A stretch of DNA of 61,428 bases, counting the filler, from Choristocarpus tenellus KU-1152 (taxonomy: Eukaryota > Protista > Phaeophyceae), in assembly GCA_964200185.2 (NCBI GenBank). It is 10 parts of 10 records of this genome, joined end to end, with 100 filler letters (N's around TTAATTAATTAA, not from the genome) between each part and the next. Parts side by side here need not be neighbours in the genome. Positions count along the whole stretch, not along the records: positions 37,140 to 42,366 come from CAXNAD020011428.1; positions 42,467 to 52,187 come from CAXNAD020003454.1; 8 more parts are not named here. One strand, 5' to 3'. Below, one piece after another: positions 38,983-51,799 of the stretch (position 1 is its first letter; each line of letters starts with the position of its first letter). Under the pieces are notes generated by a model. That model had not been told where the DNA came from and did no database searches. It was given only the letters and a program-made list of their open reading frames with translations. A program made the position numbers and the translations under genes.

Positions 38983-39862
38983 CCCAATATGATTTTATTC
39001 CTAAAATATGGACAAGGTCTTGAAATGATGAGTGTGTAGAGGTATTCCTGTTGTCGAGTTGATTAGTTCGTATGATCTGTGTAAGAAGACTTGTGATACA
39101 TGTGATGTGTGACGAGGGGTTTCGGTTGAAGGCCTGTCAAAACACTTCAAGCACGCCTGTGTGGGGTTGTGTTATTAAAAGTTGAGTATTCTTATTGGTG
39201 CACTTTTTCTTGAGGGTGGTTAGGAGGAGGTTGGCGTACGCTTGTCTTTTTGTTTGTTTGGAGGGGATACTGTTTGTTTTTTTCTCATGCTGTTGTTGTC
39301 CTCGGGAACGTAATTGACTGCTGTACTCGATGTTTGGAAAAGATGGTGGGAGAATAGGATGTGTGCTTGGTATCAGGCATGTGCACTCCTTCCTGTCTAT
39401 GGTAGCTGCGATTACATCGGATGTCAGGAGATGGGCTTGATAGAGCAGTGATGTCCAATCGCTACCCTTGTCTTTGTCAAAGAATATTTTCCATGTCTTT
39501 GAACCATCTATGCATTGTTGAGATTTTCTTTTTTTGTAATTTCTAAATCTACCTGGAAAATTCCCTGAGAAAACTTTCATCACGAAAATTCTTGTGTATA
39601 CCGAAAAGGGGCCCCAATGTGTATCGCCCAAAAATCGGCGGCGTGACGATTTTGAGGACAATGCGGAGATTCCCACCAACCAGATATTTGGAGAATCGGC
39701 GGATCAGTACGATGTTTCAAGTTTTACCACCAGTGTACGCCTATGCTGCTGACACTATGTATTCAGTAGTTCATACTGCCATCAGAATTTTCACAGCCAT
39801 ACCATTCCACTTACTCTTAGCACTTCCATTTTTTTATTTCCCTGATTACATTGCTGGGTATT

Positions 39863-39972
39863 TTATTATCATGCCCTCTGACATTTTGCAGGTGCGTCGG
39901 GGGAAAAACTACTGAAAACCATTTACATGTCAGAAAAAACCCTAGAAAAGTAGCAGGTATCGTAAATGTAGT
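39863..39972 (+). mobile_element. Helentron-like hairpin repeat, copy 3
   Basis: ATGCCCTCTGACATTTTGCAGGTGCGTCGGGGGAAAAAC...AAAAAACCCTAGAAAAGTAGCAGGTATCGTAAATGT. Confidence 0.55.
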
Positions 39973-39985
39973 GCTGAGTATTGTT

Positions 39986-40074
39986 GGGTCAAAGTATCTG
40001 GGGTGTGTGTGGTTTGTGAGGGGCCGAAACAGACGTCCCCTTACAAACCACACACATCCCAGATACTTTGACCT
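39986..40074. mobile_element. 89-bp fold-back element with family B termini
   Basis: GGGTCAAAGTATCTGGGGTGTGTGTGGTTTGTGAGGGG / CCCCTTACAAACCACACACATCCCAGATACTTTGACCT: ~38-bp inverted arms around a short spacer; no TSD seen. Confidence 0.75.
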
Positions 40075-40239
40075 AGGGCTTGTTCTTTTTTGATGTACGT
40101 TGGAATAAAATGCATTTAGGACCTGCGCTTGGCGCTTGAGTGTGTGTAGACTACGTGATTATTGCGTAAGGAAGTTGCCATTGGGTTCAAATTTTGGAGT
40201 TGGGAGGTTGCTCCCATTTGGATTGGCAGTATTAATTGT

Positions 40240-40306
40240 CGTTAAAAAAAGCTGTGGGAAGTCAAGCCCCAAACGGACAAACAGGGCAAGACTCGTACCC
40301 TCTAAG
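40240..40306 (-). mobile_element. MITE family A fragment
   Basis: GGGAAGTCAAGCCCCAAACGGACAAACAGGGCAAGACTCGTACCCTCTAAG. Confidence 0.8.
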
Positions 40307-40682
40307 TAAGATAGTTCCACACTTCAAGAGATGGAAAAGGAGCTGTGGACCTATGGTGGGGTTGGAGGTGCTTCCTTTCCACAACATGATGAAGCTTCGG
40401 ACTCTATTTTTTTCTATTTGGGGAACGACTCTACTTTCTATGTGTGTAGCTGTTAACTGGAGTGTGTCACACAATGAACAAGAATGACAAAATGGCATGA
40501 TATATGTTCATGGTTGTGCCGTCAGCCTGCTTGTTTGTGTTCATTATTTCTGCTGGGTTTCTTTGCATCTTGCCACAGAGTATATACGTAGCCTAGGGCT
40601 CTAAATATTTATGTTATTATCTACATAAAGTATCGGTGAAGGTGCCGAATTTTGATTAGGCAAAAAACAGTCATCATTACAA

Positions 40683-40755
40683 AAAAAAACATATCGACAC
40701 TTTCTCCCAGTCAATTTTGGGTCAAGCCCATCCTCAATTTTTGAATTCGGCTGTT
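40683..40755. mobile_element. Family C terminus
   Basis: ACATATCGACACTTTCTCCCAGTCAATTTTGGGTCAAGCCCATCCTCAATTTTTGAATTCGGCTGTT matches the reverse complement of ~9485-9540 and the 9585-9616 end. Confidence 0.65.
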
Positions 40756-41976
40756 CTGGGCCCATGGCAAGCGACGAGAAGGGATGCCATATTGATCGAT
40801 TGCCCCTCCTACGACTGATGTTTTCCATAGCGTGGAGAAATGCCCGGCTAACTATTTTTCGCGAAGAATATATTTGTGCGTTTTGGTGTGGGAAAACTGG
40901 TCTTCATCCTAAACAAGTAGTTTACCCTGTTCACACATGAAATACAAACGAACTTTGTAGCAAGGGGGTCGGGTCTTCCTGTTACTGCCTCAAATGTCTC
41001 AAGTTCGCACTCAGAGCAACATAATGCTCAGTAGTACTAGTGTTAGTAATACTAGTTGTGAATCGAAATAAGTTACGTGAGGTAACATTAATTACTTTAA
41101 ATTGCCTCAAAAGATTTCGAGTAGACCGCACATATCCGCAATAACAGATCCAAAGAATAGAAAATTGCCTTCAATTTCTGTTTTTATCAATTATTGAGAT
41201 ATTATGATGAAATTGTAGCAAATTAAATCACTACAGTTTATAGCACTAAGCGTTATCCTAGAACGCATAATCATATTCAGTCTCTACGTTCATTATCCTG
41301 GACAATCAGCAGTATGGTCGATTTGCTCTGTAATATCCATAATAATAACGAGGACAACGTTCAAGGGTCGGTTCTTCTATCTATGATGTGCGTTGTCCAT
41401 GTAATGCTCTCATCCCTTACATTTTGCCATGTCTAGGTGTAGGTTTGCTTCTAACTATTTACTCTGTAATGTCTGTTGTTAAGAGCACGTTTGAGCACGT
41501 TTATTTGCACTATAACGCACAATGTCCAGAACAACACAAGGACAATTTTGCTCCATTTTGGACTATTTTACACATAATAATGAATGATCAATGGTTCTTC
41601 TCCAATACATGGTAGTGAGAGCTAGTAAAGTGATGACGGAATAAATGTGATAGAGAAGAGAAGGAAGAATAGTACAAAAAGGAAAAATTAATGTCAACAG
41701 CCATTCTTCTCTCCATTATTGTCAAACAGGCGCTCAGTACCTTTTCTTTTGTCTTATCTGTTCTCCACGAAAACGGGTATTGTCTTTTGATCTGCTACGT
41801 TTTCATACTTGTCATGATAAATGCAGGTTCGTTTTTACCACAAAGCACAATCAAAGACAAAAGATCCTCTACGTATACTGTATATTTATTCCTTCAAGCT
41901 GTGGGTAGCATAACATGTATACTTGACTCTGCATTTAGAAAACAGTGTGTTCTCCAGTAGAAAATGATGAGCATTG

Positions 41977-42023
41977 AATGGACAAACAGGGTAAAACTTG
42001 TACCCTCTAAGATATTTTCACTC
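41977..42023 (-). mobile_element. MITE family A terminal fragment
   Basis: AATGGACAAACAGGGTAAAACTTGTACCCTCTAAGATATTTTCACTC. Confidence 0.8.
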
Positions 42024-42082
42024 TTCGGCGAAGAGTGTGCATGTTCCGTCTGACGCGAAACTCACAAGAAATATACTCGACA

Positions 42083-42346
42083 GTACATGGTATATTTTTT
42101 AGTTCCTCATGCAAACACCAGAACAACAGACCCTCACCGACAGCCCTCTTTGTGACATACCAAATACGACTCATACAAGCAAATAAACGAAAATTAACCT
42201 CAAAGCAGTCCATGGTATTTTTTTTCATTCCTCGTGCTAACACTGGGACAACAGATCCTAACCAGCAAACCTCTTTGTCTACATAACAAATACGACTCAT
42301 GCGAGCAAATAAACGAAGAAACTAACCTCAAAACAGTCCATGGTAT
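42083..42346. repeat. ~125-bp direct repeat, 2 copies
   Basis: ACAACAGA(C/T)CCT..CTCTTTGT..ACATA(C/A)CAAATACGACTCAT..GCAAATAAACGAA..TAACCTCAAA.CAGTCCATGGTAT at ~42123 and ~42248. Confidence 0.75.
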
Positions 42347-42639
42347 GACCTAGAGTATCTGGGGGGNNNNNNNNNNNNNNNNNNNNNNNNNNNNNNNNNN
42401 NNNNNNNNNNTTAATTAATTAANNNNNNNNNNNNNNNNNNNNNNNNNNNNNNNNNNNNNNNNNNNNGGGGTGGAGACAGAATCGTTGAAGAACGATAAAA
42501 AAATGTTGAGCGATATTGTGAAAGGGGTGTGTCCTAAGCAGGGGGGGGGACTCATTCAAAAGACGGATGTTGTGTAGTGTGTCCACCTACAAGATAATAT
42601 TGTAAGGCTTGGAAGCAATAGCAATCATCTACTCTGCAT

Positions 42640-43050
42640 GGTACCCTTTACACACTGCCTGCGTATGTCTCGTTGGTCGCCAACCCTGCACCCTGACTGT
42701 GTGCTTACTTGATGTTCACTTCTTCCATGGTTTGGACATAGTGTACTCCACCAGCAGGATACTGAGTAATTCTGAGTCAGATCAATGGAGAGGTAAGCAG
42801 GTTTGGACTGTTCTGCATTCTAAGCCAACGTTATTACCTTGTGCAATACGCTCTATGTACTTGCTTCATATCTGCAACAGTGTACGCAAAATTGATATTC
42901 CTCCTTTTTTCGCACAAAGTGACACCAGGATGAAGCAAAGGCTCTTTCTGCGATTGTATAAAATGGCGTCTTTTCCCTTTCCCGGGATCGTTAAAATGCA
43001 ACCCTGCCTACCTGTCAGTTGGTTTCTTTCACTGTAGTTGATAAAAATAT
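42640..43050 (-). mobile_element. Degenerate LINE reverse transcriptase fragment
   Basis: Minus-strand ILTIPGKGKDAILYNRR..., followed by YIERIAQGNVG, resembles the LINE RT N-terminal motif IP K.KD...NYR.ISL; interrupted by stops. Confidence 0.4.
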
Positions 43051-43699
43051 AGGATGTTGATACTGTGCTACCACTAGAGCTGCTGGGGTTGGGAGTCAGC
43101 TTCTATTGGAAACGTTGGAGAGACTCCTATGCCATTTGTACTGCAATAGCGAGGTGGGAAACCATTGAATTGTTCTTTACTACTGGTATCTCCCCGGACC
43201 GTCTTAGCCAAACATTATCTGAAGAACAATCTTGAGGTGCACTTGAGTATTTCTACGTGTTACCTGGTGCTGTGCATTAGTTTCCACTTTTTGGCAGCTC
43301 AAAATCAGAGCCTTACACCACCAGAGCAGATAGCTGGGACAGGGCTGTACAGTGGGCAAGCAAGGTAGAATAGTTTATAACTGGACCAATCCTTAAGTCA
43401 TGGGATTTTAACAGGGACAAAGCTCTAGACATGGCATGGAGGGAGGTTCTAACATTGCTGAGGCGTTTGAATTATTTGATATTTGAAGCATATGTGTTTC
43501 TTGAGTGGATCTCTGTTCACCCCTACAACGAATTACAGATCTGTAAAGGCCAACGTGGGGTGGAGTTCTTATATGCTATCATAGATCCGTTCTTGTGTTT
43601 CATCTGTCTATAATTCAATTGAATTCTCGATATCTGGCGATAGGATCGAGCCTGGCACTAGAATTGGCTGGGGAAGTCCAGCACGTGATCGCTGGAGCT

Positions 43700-45337
43700 T
43701 GATGGAGCTTGGAGTGCACATAACCGGGCAGAAACCAGCATAGCTACTTGATTGACAGGGTCGAATGTGTCTATGAACGACTGAGATAGACCTGGCGCAG
43801 CCTAGGGGGGGTTGGGTGAGACCGATTTGTCTAAACTGATGATGGCGCAGCATATTTAACCTCCACGGGTTGAGAGACTTGCTGAGAAGGAGGCGAGGGT
43901 GTTTCTGACAGCCCGACGCGAATATGAGATGGGTGTTAGAATGCAACACTCAAAATGTGTATACAAATTGCATTCATGATGCTGCCCGAGTCCTTAACCA
44001 TTGCTCAGAGACGATCACTGGTGCGGGGAGAACTGAAAAACAATTGGGCTGCAGCGACAGAGGAGCAACTCCTTAAAGCCCTTGAGAAGGTGGCGAAAGT
44101 CGATGGCGACTGCAGAACCTTCGACATTGGGCAAATTGAAAGGTATTTGCAGAGGGTGACCCGGATGGGAAACGAAGGGTCAGCCGCGGATAGGGTCATG
44201 GGTGTGGTCCAGGATATTGAAAGCTATCTGGAAGATAACAATCTGGATGTTGCTTTCCGTAATAATGCTGGATAAGTGGGGGAGACTTGGAAGGCAGGGC
44301 CAGGAAAGCTACTCTCAGAGGCCTTTATTGCAGGGCTTAAATCCCCTGCGCCTAAGGCTTATATTGCTAAGTATGTGGCTTGGGATCCTGACCTAAAAAA
44401 GGATCCAGACCAGATCTTGACTCTGGCAAAGGAGGAAGCCGAAAACCGGAGAATGTATGAGATGGCCCGGAATTGTTTTAGGAACCAAGGAAGGTGAATC
44501 GGGTGGTAAACACCAAGAGGAGAAGCCTAAGTTTGGGTAGTCGAATGGGGAAGGCACACCTGGTGGTGGACTGAGTTAGAGGAAGAACAAGTTCCAAGGG
44601 ACTTTTGATGCATGTGGGAAAGTTGGGCATAAACATGCTCAATGCCGAAGCTTGCTGGTTGAAGTCTGGAAGGAGCAGCAGCATCAGTAGCAGAGGCATC
44701 CACAATAATGTGGTAGAGGTACAGACCCTGAGAGGATATCTGGACCAGGGCAAAGACTACAACCTGTGGGTGCCAGATAGCAACCCTCAAGTGAAGGGGG
44801 AGGAACAAGTCGTCTAGGTGCAGCCCAAGGAACCAGGAACCAGCAGGGGCTAGCTCCACAGCCCGCTACCGAGTTAAGGAAAGGCGCTGGTGGTGGGAGT
44901 ACGAGTGGCAGGGCATTGAGGGTCAATGAGATGGTTCATGATGATGTGGATCATGGGATGCCTCCGCTGCCGCCAAGCCCGGATCTCAACATTAATCGTT
45001 ATGCAGGCCATACTGCCCTGCGAAAATTCCAGGGCACTCATTAGGATGTGTCCCTAGCTACGGAAGGGGTGGATTTAGAAGGTTGAGATACCATGATACA
45101 ACAGATGTAACTCCAGTGGGGGTCAACATGCATGGGAAGTTGCCTTTCGGTATGGAGGCCCCGATGGACCCAGGGTCAGGGGTCATAGGTATATCTGAGA
45201 GTCCGGTGAAAAAAATGCAGAAGCATGTTGGTGGAGCAGTACTAACCAAGCCCCTTCACCAGTCCTTCCCCGTCAAGATCGGAAATGGACTATCTGAGTT
45301 CATAGAGAATATGACTAGTCCCTTAAATGTGGCACTC
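43700..45337 (+). mobile_element. Decayed Ty3/Gypsy-like LTR retrotransposon: gag, zinc knuckle, aspartic protease remnant
   Basis: Gag-like frames at 43955-44497, degenerate zinc knuckle (FDACGKVGHKHAQC, ~44603-44645), protease-like MDPGSGVIGISE (~45164-45200); cut off by a MITE fragment. Confidence 0.65.
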
Positions 45338-45545
45338 CACTTGGGGGTCATAAATCCAATGTTGTGATTTTGATGAATTTTGGCTATCGTGTTTGTTACC
45401 AAGTGTCAATATCCTTGCTCTAGACACAACTTTCATTATTGATACATTTTGCCTACTCCAAAATCCGAAATGTTCACATGAAAAACCGAAAAGGGGCATA
45501 AAAAACTCGTAGGAAGCCAAGCCCCGAACGGACAGACAAGGTAAA
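45338..45545 (-). mobile_element. MITE family A, partial copy
   Basis: CACTTGGGGGTCATAAATCCAATGTTGTGATTTTGATG...GGAAGCCAAGCCCCGAACGGACAGACAAGGTAAA; both TIRs missing. Confidence 0.8.
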
Positions 45546-45599
45546 CCTCTTCATTTTCTTTCTACGGAGGGGTGAGGAATACTGCAGATTGCTAGAGAG

Positions 45600-46700
45600 T
45601 GTCAGAGGTACTTGCAGAGTGATCTACAACAGTGTCGATATCTTAGTCGTGCGTTTTTCCCCCTGCAAAACCCTCCCATACTTGCTCTTCACTGGTTCAA
45701 CTATGGTTGTGATGAGCAGATCCGAATCACGTGGGTCGAGCACACACAAACCTTTGAACAGGAAGCTCTTCGGTAGTAGAAGGGCTAACAGCGTGTTGAC
45801 CTTGGAAGAGATGCAGTCTTACAACAATGTCGCCCACCCATGTATTCCCCTCCCCTAACACATCAACTTTTGGATGATGACAGCAACGGTAGTCAAGAAC
45901 TAGCAAGATTTCAGTGAGAGGTGATTGGATGGAGAAGGGATACAGTACTTGCGTGGACTGACACAACCAACTTCAATCTAGGGACGTAGGGAAATGTCGA
46001 GCCAGAAGCCCTTGCTTTGGTTGAGCATGAGTGGCAATTTCACCAAACTAAATGTTATTGCCCATAGTATCTTGGAGGGGGAGTTGTTTAGCCCAGGGTG
46101 TTGGGGGCTTGATGGGGTGTTGTAAAACGCCCCAGTATGATTCCTGTTTTGCGGGTGGTTTTCCTTCGGATTCGGTTCAGACAAGGGGATAGAAAAGGAA
46201 GGCTCATTCAGATGAAGGAATTGTCTATACATCTGACACGTTTACTCAGATGACATGAAAATCACTACAGGTTCGCACAGACCCCAAGTAGGATATTATG
46301 GGCCTCATGGTTGTGATTTCTCAACAGATACAGTTTTTGGCTGAAATTCCCAATTCTATGAATACGACAACTTGAAATGTACCACTTTGACCTCGAAGAC
46401 ACAAGAAGACCACCAGGGAACAGCAAGTGGCAAGGAGATCAATGGACTTGCGTATTTTCAATACTTTCTTTGAGGGATACAGAGGATTACTTAGGACCTT
46501 TTGGCAGGGTCTGAGCTTGGGCTGAGCCAAGGATGCTGCAAAGACTCCAGTTTGCGGGGAATATCCCCACCACATACATAAACAACGGTATGATGGTGTG
46601 GATCAAGTCAATGTCTCTCGAACACAAGCGTTCATAAGCCTCTGCAAGTCTGAGAAGATTTAGAATCACCATCATGATTGGTGCAAGGAATAAAGTAACT
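45600..46700 (+). mobile_element. Highly degenerate retroelement remnant (possibly DIRS/Ngaro RT-RNase H)
   Basis: MDLRIFNTFFEGYRG followed by DAAKTPVCGEY loosely resembles the DL..W..F...NG / DAS motifs; many stops. Confidence 0.25.
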
Positions 46701-47420
46701 CTCTGAGCTCACAGTACCCCCTGAGGCCGAACCATGGGGTGCGAGGAAAACGATTGACACATGTCTAAGGAACGCAACTCTCGTGTGGTTGAATTACATA
46801 CTGCATAACGTTCAAACAAGAAACGAACAAGGTGGCACCCCCTTCTGGGAATGTTGTCAGTGCCCCTCGATTCCCTTTCTGTTATAATTTCTTTCCAACC
46901 CTCTTGGATCTCTTACTAACACTATTTTGCAAGTATAGTTTAAATGCTAGTGGCACTTGCTTGTATCTCTTACATGTTGCCTTCCACTATAAATAGTAAT
47001 TAGATGTGCAAGGACCAAATCTTGTATTTTTCTGGATGAGATAGCTACGCACGTGGTAAGGGGGAGAGAGGCAAGAGGCTACGGTAGGAAAGAGGTTGTC
47101 AAATCCCGTCTACGACAGATAGTCTCTGGCACAACATAAGTAGCCCTATCCTGACGTGTCATGCGTTTTATGCTGGAGAGACCAGGGAGATAGGCAAGGG
47201 GGGGCTTGTTAGATTCTTGGGATGCTTAGCTCGAAGTATCTGGAGGGGGCTGGCGACTGTCCATTTGGGGACCTATTTTTCCATGCCGTAATTTTTGGCA
47301 GGATACGTTTAGCCCGTCCCTAGCTCCTCACTCTGGGGTGCAGGACTAAGCTAGGTTAGAGGCACAGGGGGGCAGTGGTGTGGCATACCTGGTAGAAAAA
47401 TGATAAATAGATTAATGTCT

Positions 47421-47530
47421 TCCACATTTACGACAACTGCTACTTGTTTAGGGTTTTTTCTCACATGCGAATTGTTTTCATTGGTTTTGCCCCTGACACA
47501 TCTGGAAAATGTCAGAGGGCATAATAATAA
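47421..47530 (-). mobile_element. Helentron-like hairpin repeat, copy 4
   Basis: TGCCCCTGACACATCTGGAAAATGTCAGAGGGCATAATAATAA; stem TGCCCCTGACA/TGTCAGAGGGCA. Confidence 0.55.
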
Positions 47531-49522
47531 AATATATATAGCAAACCTTTTCTGCTGTTTTTGACTCTCACCTCGATACCACAGAACAGCCACCACAACG
47601 CAAGGAGCGTCCTTATGACGTACTAAAATAATTGTCGAGGATGGATGTTATTCCCTGCATGAATTTAATGGGTTCAAGTCCCATTGATGCCAAACTTCTT
47701 CTCGTGGAGATCTGTTTTCGATTATCTAAAGCCGATTGGCTGTGCCACAAGAACATCAGACCAAGGACAAGCTGGCAAGTCTTTGTACCAGATCGATTCA
47801 ACGGAGGAGATTGAGCAACTTGTGGGATGGTTGATTCCAACAAGCGAGAAGCAAGGCATGAACGGAGACGGCACAATTAGTCACTGTGCAGCAGTTAGTC
47901 ATCTTATGATTCGCTAGTATGAGAAGTAGTCCAGTTGTGTAGTGCCTCTGACCACGGATTGGGATAGTATCTAGACAATGTGAGCAACTATTGATTAATA
48001 AAGGTACACCACAAGCGAGTTTATGTGCGTGATTAGACCCCCCTTCCTCCTCCCTCCCTCCCTTGCACCACCCACCACCAAAGGTCCCAATTGCCACACA
48101 TCTGTGGGGTCCGTGTACCTGTGTCTTTATTGCTTGCATTGGCATATCAAAAGTTCCATCACAGGAAATACCCGTTCATTGTTTTCCAATATCAGTATAT
48201 GACTTCCATGTTAACTGTCCCTTATGTACTGCACTGTACCTCTCTTACCCACATTTGTTTTTTGCCTGTCATACCTGTAAGGGGGCTGTTTCAGTCCCCA
48301 GTTTGGTGGCAGCGTTAATTGTGTGCTCGCTGGTTGCTTAACCTGGGAAGTGCTTCAATATCTTAGAATCAACCACGTACCATGAAATCGTAAAATAATA
48401 TTGAAACTATCGCAACAATAGTAAAGGCGTTTGTGTTTCTGCATCTCTCGCCAAAGCTTGCCTGCCTCCCCTATCTGTCTGAGTTTCAGATGCGATTCTC
48501 ACCACCTCATCATTTCTTATCTCTATTACAATCACTTCTCACACGGTCACATGACCACTCCCTCCGTGCATCAATTACATTACCACACATTAATTGCGGA
48601 TGTGTTCTGAGATAGAGAGGGCTTGCTGTTTGCCTCTTGAAGTTGAGTGTAGCCTGTTACTCTGCATTTGTGAAGTGTGCTTTGGATGTATGTGTATGTA
48701 TCTTGAGACTAACTTGATAGTGAGCTAAAGTCATGTTTTCTGTTGGTTGAAGGGGCCCCATTTCGATGTAGGCTGTGTGATCAAAATGTACCAACAGTAT
48801 TAAGTAAATATCACTAAAGGAATCAAAAAGCATTTATATGGTTAAATTGAGTGCAAACTAGGAATACGTACTGTGGGACTACTATCCCTTCATGTACGGT
48901 GTTTGCCTTGGAGAGGGCAAAACCTGTTTGGTGATACACCAACAAAGCATCAACGACCTGTGGTCAGGTGGCTAAGAGATGTGTCTTCTACTTACAGGGG
49001 AAACAAGACTTCATCCTGACATAACACACACAACCCAAACTATTTTTCTTAACCATACTTTATTTGCAGACAGGAAATGCATCAATACTGCACCAACGGT
49101 CGTAAGATCACGGCATCAATAGATAACATGTACCACCTTCCCCTCTTCACTCTTTCAGTCAACTGCTAACCTGAGTAACTTAAACTCTACCTCTTGTACT
49201 CTTTACGTACACACATGGTCACCCACTAACATGGAATTATACAAGTCTTGTATAATACTAAGTAGCAGCGAACACTTGAAGGGTACACTTGAGGACAGGA
49301 CCTTGACTGTGTATGCCGTCGACCATAACCCTAATATCATCACTGAGGCCTGGGAATTGGAGGGAGAGCTCAAAATGTAACTTTGTCGTCCCTTCTTGTT
49401 CCCTCTTTGGAGAGTTGAACTTACTCTTCTCCCTGCTTGCCAGCACATAAAAATTGACTGATTAGTATCCTATCAAAAAGTGCAACTCCAGACAGGCGTG
49501 TAGGCAGGCCGGTAGACCTCTC

Positions 49523-51760
49523 TTAGGTGAGGAGGTCCTGTGCTGTCTGTCCAGGGGTTTTGCTGCGAAGGAGGACCTCACCAACAGCTACACATGAAAT
49601 ACCTGCAGCCTTGACCCTCGCTGGCAACAACATCAGGGTTAGGGATATTGACAGGGAAAGAGAGAGGGGGAGATCGACACCAGTGGAGGGACAGGAGTCA
49701 GGAAAGAGGGGATTGGATATCAAGCACATACATGTGTCGACAATCCTTTGGCAGGATAACAAAACAATATAAAAATAACAGGCATTGTTCAAAAAGAAAG
49801 GAGTGATGCCAATGATTCAAACTTTCTTTCCAATATAAAAATAAGAAAATTGAGGTACAGTAGTAACAAACACGCCAGGCAATGAAATACATCTTGCCCT
49901 TATTGAGTAATTGCTTGTTGTCCACAACAGTGATGGACACTTGAATATCATTTGAACCATCACACTACCTCATTGTGTCTGCAGCAGCTCCTTACAACTA
50001 GTCGTCTATCCTACGTATGGTATACTTAAGTAAGGTGAAACAGTAGAAAAAATGCTTCTGATGGTATCAACATCAAAGGTATGCCAGCAACCATGTAGAT
50101 GCTGATAATGAAGTTACACCCAACCTATCATGGGTGTCAAACAGCCAGAATACACACCTATGTCCTCAGAAGTCTTGAGCCCGGCCTCCACCAGCAGGGT
50201 AACCTTGGTACGGCCAAGTCCCTCTTGAACTGTACCATCATGACAAGAACCACAGTACCAACAGTACACAGAGTACCCCACCCACAAGGAACGAGTTGTA
50301 CCAATTCACATAAAGTCAGGGGGGGAAGAAGGGGAAGAGTGGGAAATGATTACTGACATACAGGCCAGGCAACAATGTACAATACTGTCCTATTGGATTC
50401 AACTCCAACCTCTTGGGAAGACCTAAAACTAAATGGCACAACCGAAATTCAGACGTTTGAATTGAGCTGTACTGCAATGGCAAAGCAGGTGCATCCCCTA
50501 AAAATGGGGAATTATTTCTGCCAAACCTACAACTCTGAGACGTTTACCCCCCATCCTGTGCCACTAGGTCCCAGCACATCGCCCCTACACACCCTACAAT
50601 GTTGTGTATACTTTGTCACATTAAGGTATACCTTCTTCATCAGCAAGGATCCTATCCATCCGCCCTGTGTCCAAAGTCCATGTAGCCATGTTCCTGTTGT
50701 TGATGGAGATAGCTTGAATATTGGGAAGACTGAGGGCCATAAGCATCTGCTTCACAGAGCTCACTGCCACAATGCACTGCATGCCCAGAGCAGCTGCAAT
50801 CTTATGGAAGTACATGAGGTCCTACGCTTGCATCACGGTAGTTTCGAAATTTGAGGTGTCAGACGACTAACACAGGCGCAATCGTGTTATCATTTTGGGG
50901 CATGTATTGATAGGCCAATCAATCACACAAGCCTGCTTTGTCATGATAGTGGTCACCCCCACCTCCGGAACAAAGAATGAATAATGAATGTCCCCAACAC
51001 ATGCTTACTACTATTAGTAGTACAAATCAAATGCATTCAACGGGCTAAGAACAGTCGGTCTCTGTGTGCAGGGGCGATGATGGACTTGTCACAGACTTGA
51101 ATCTTATGATTCAAGACTCCAGCAAAAAAAAAGGAGGAAAGCCTCCCGAAGTTCTGTTACTGCCTTGCTACTACTATGTATAATGGGAATAGGTCTACAC
51201 TCCAAAGATAGTCACAACAAGGGCGGGTATAATATATAGTCCTGATCAGTCCACATCAAAAACCATGGGGCAATTAAGACTTGAGACCGCCCTCTGCAGT
51301 AAGCATCCTACGCTAATTAATATATCGGGAATGCTTTATCCAGTGAAAAACAAGGTACCTTTTGGGGGAGTGCAGGAGCAATCAGCTTGAGGGCGTCTGC
51401 TCCTGCCAGTCTAGCTTGATAGATCTGGTAGGGATACACAACCACGTCGCTGCACATCACTGGAACACTCACAGCACGCTGGGGAGAAACAAAGAACATG
51501 GAAGGCGGTGTGAGCATGTGTGTGTGTGTGTGTGTATTAGGGAGAGAGCGTGTTCAATTCAGCAAAGTGAGATGGATCCACAAAAAGGAGTAGACTAGAC
51601 ATCAAGCAATAGGTACATTAAGGCCAGTCCGTGTAAGGCAGAAAACTCTCTTGAGGAACAAACCAACGATGGACAACCAGGAACAATTCAACAAACACCC
51701 CAACCAACCCTAACCCCAATCCCAACATAAACAGCACACCATGAAAAAACATGATCAGAT

Positions 51761-51799
<39 letters not shown>

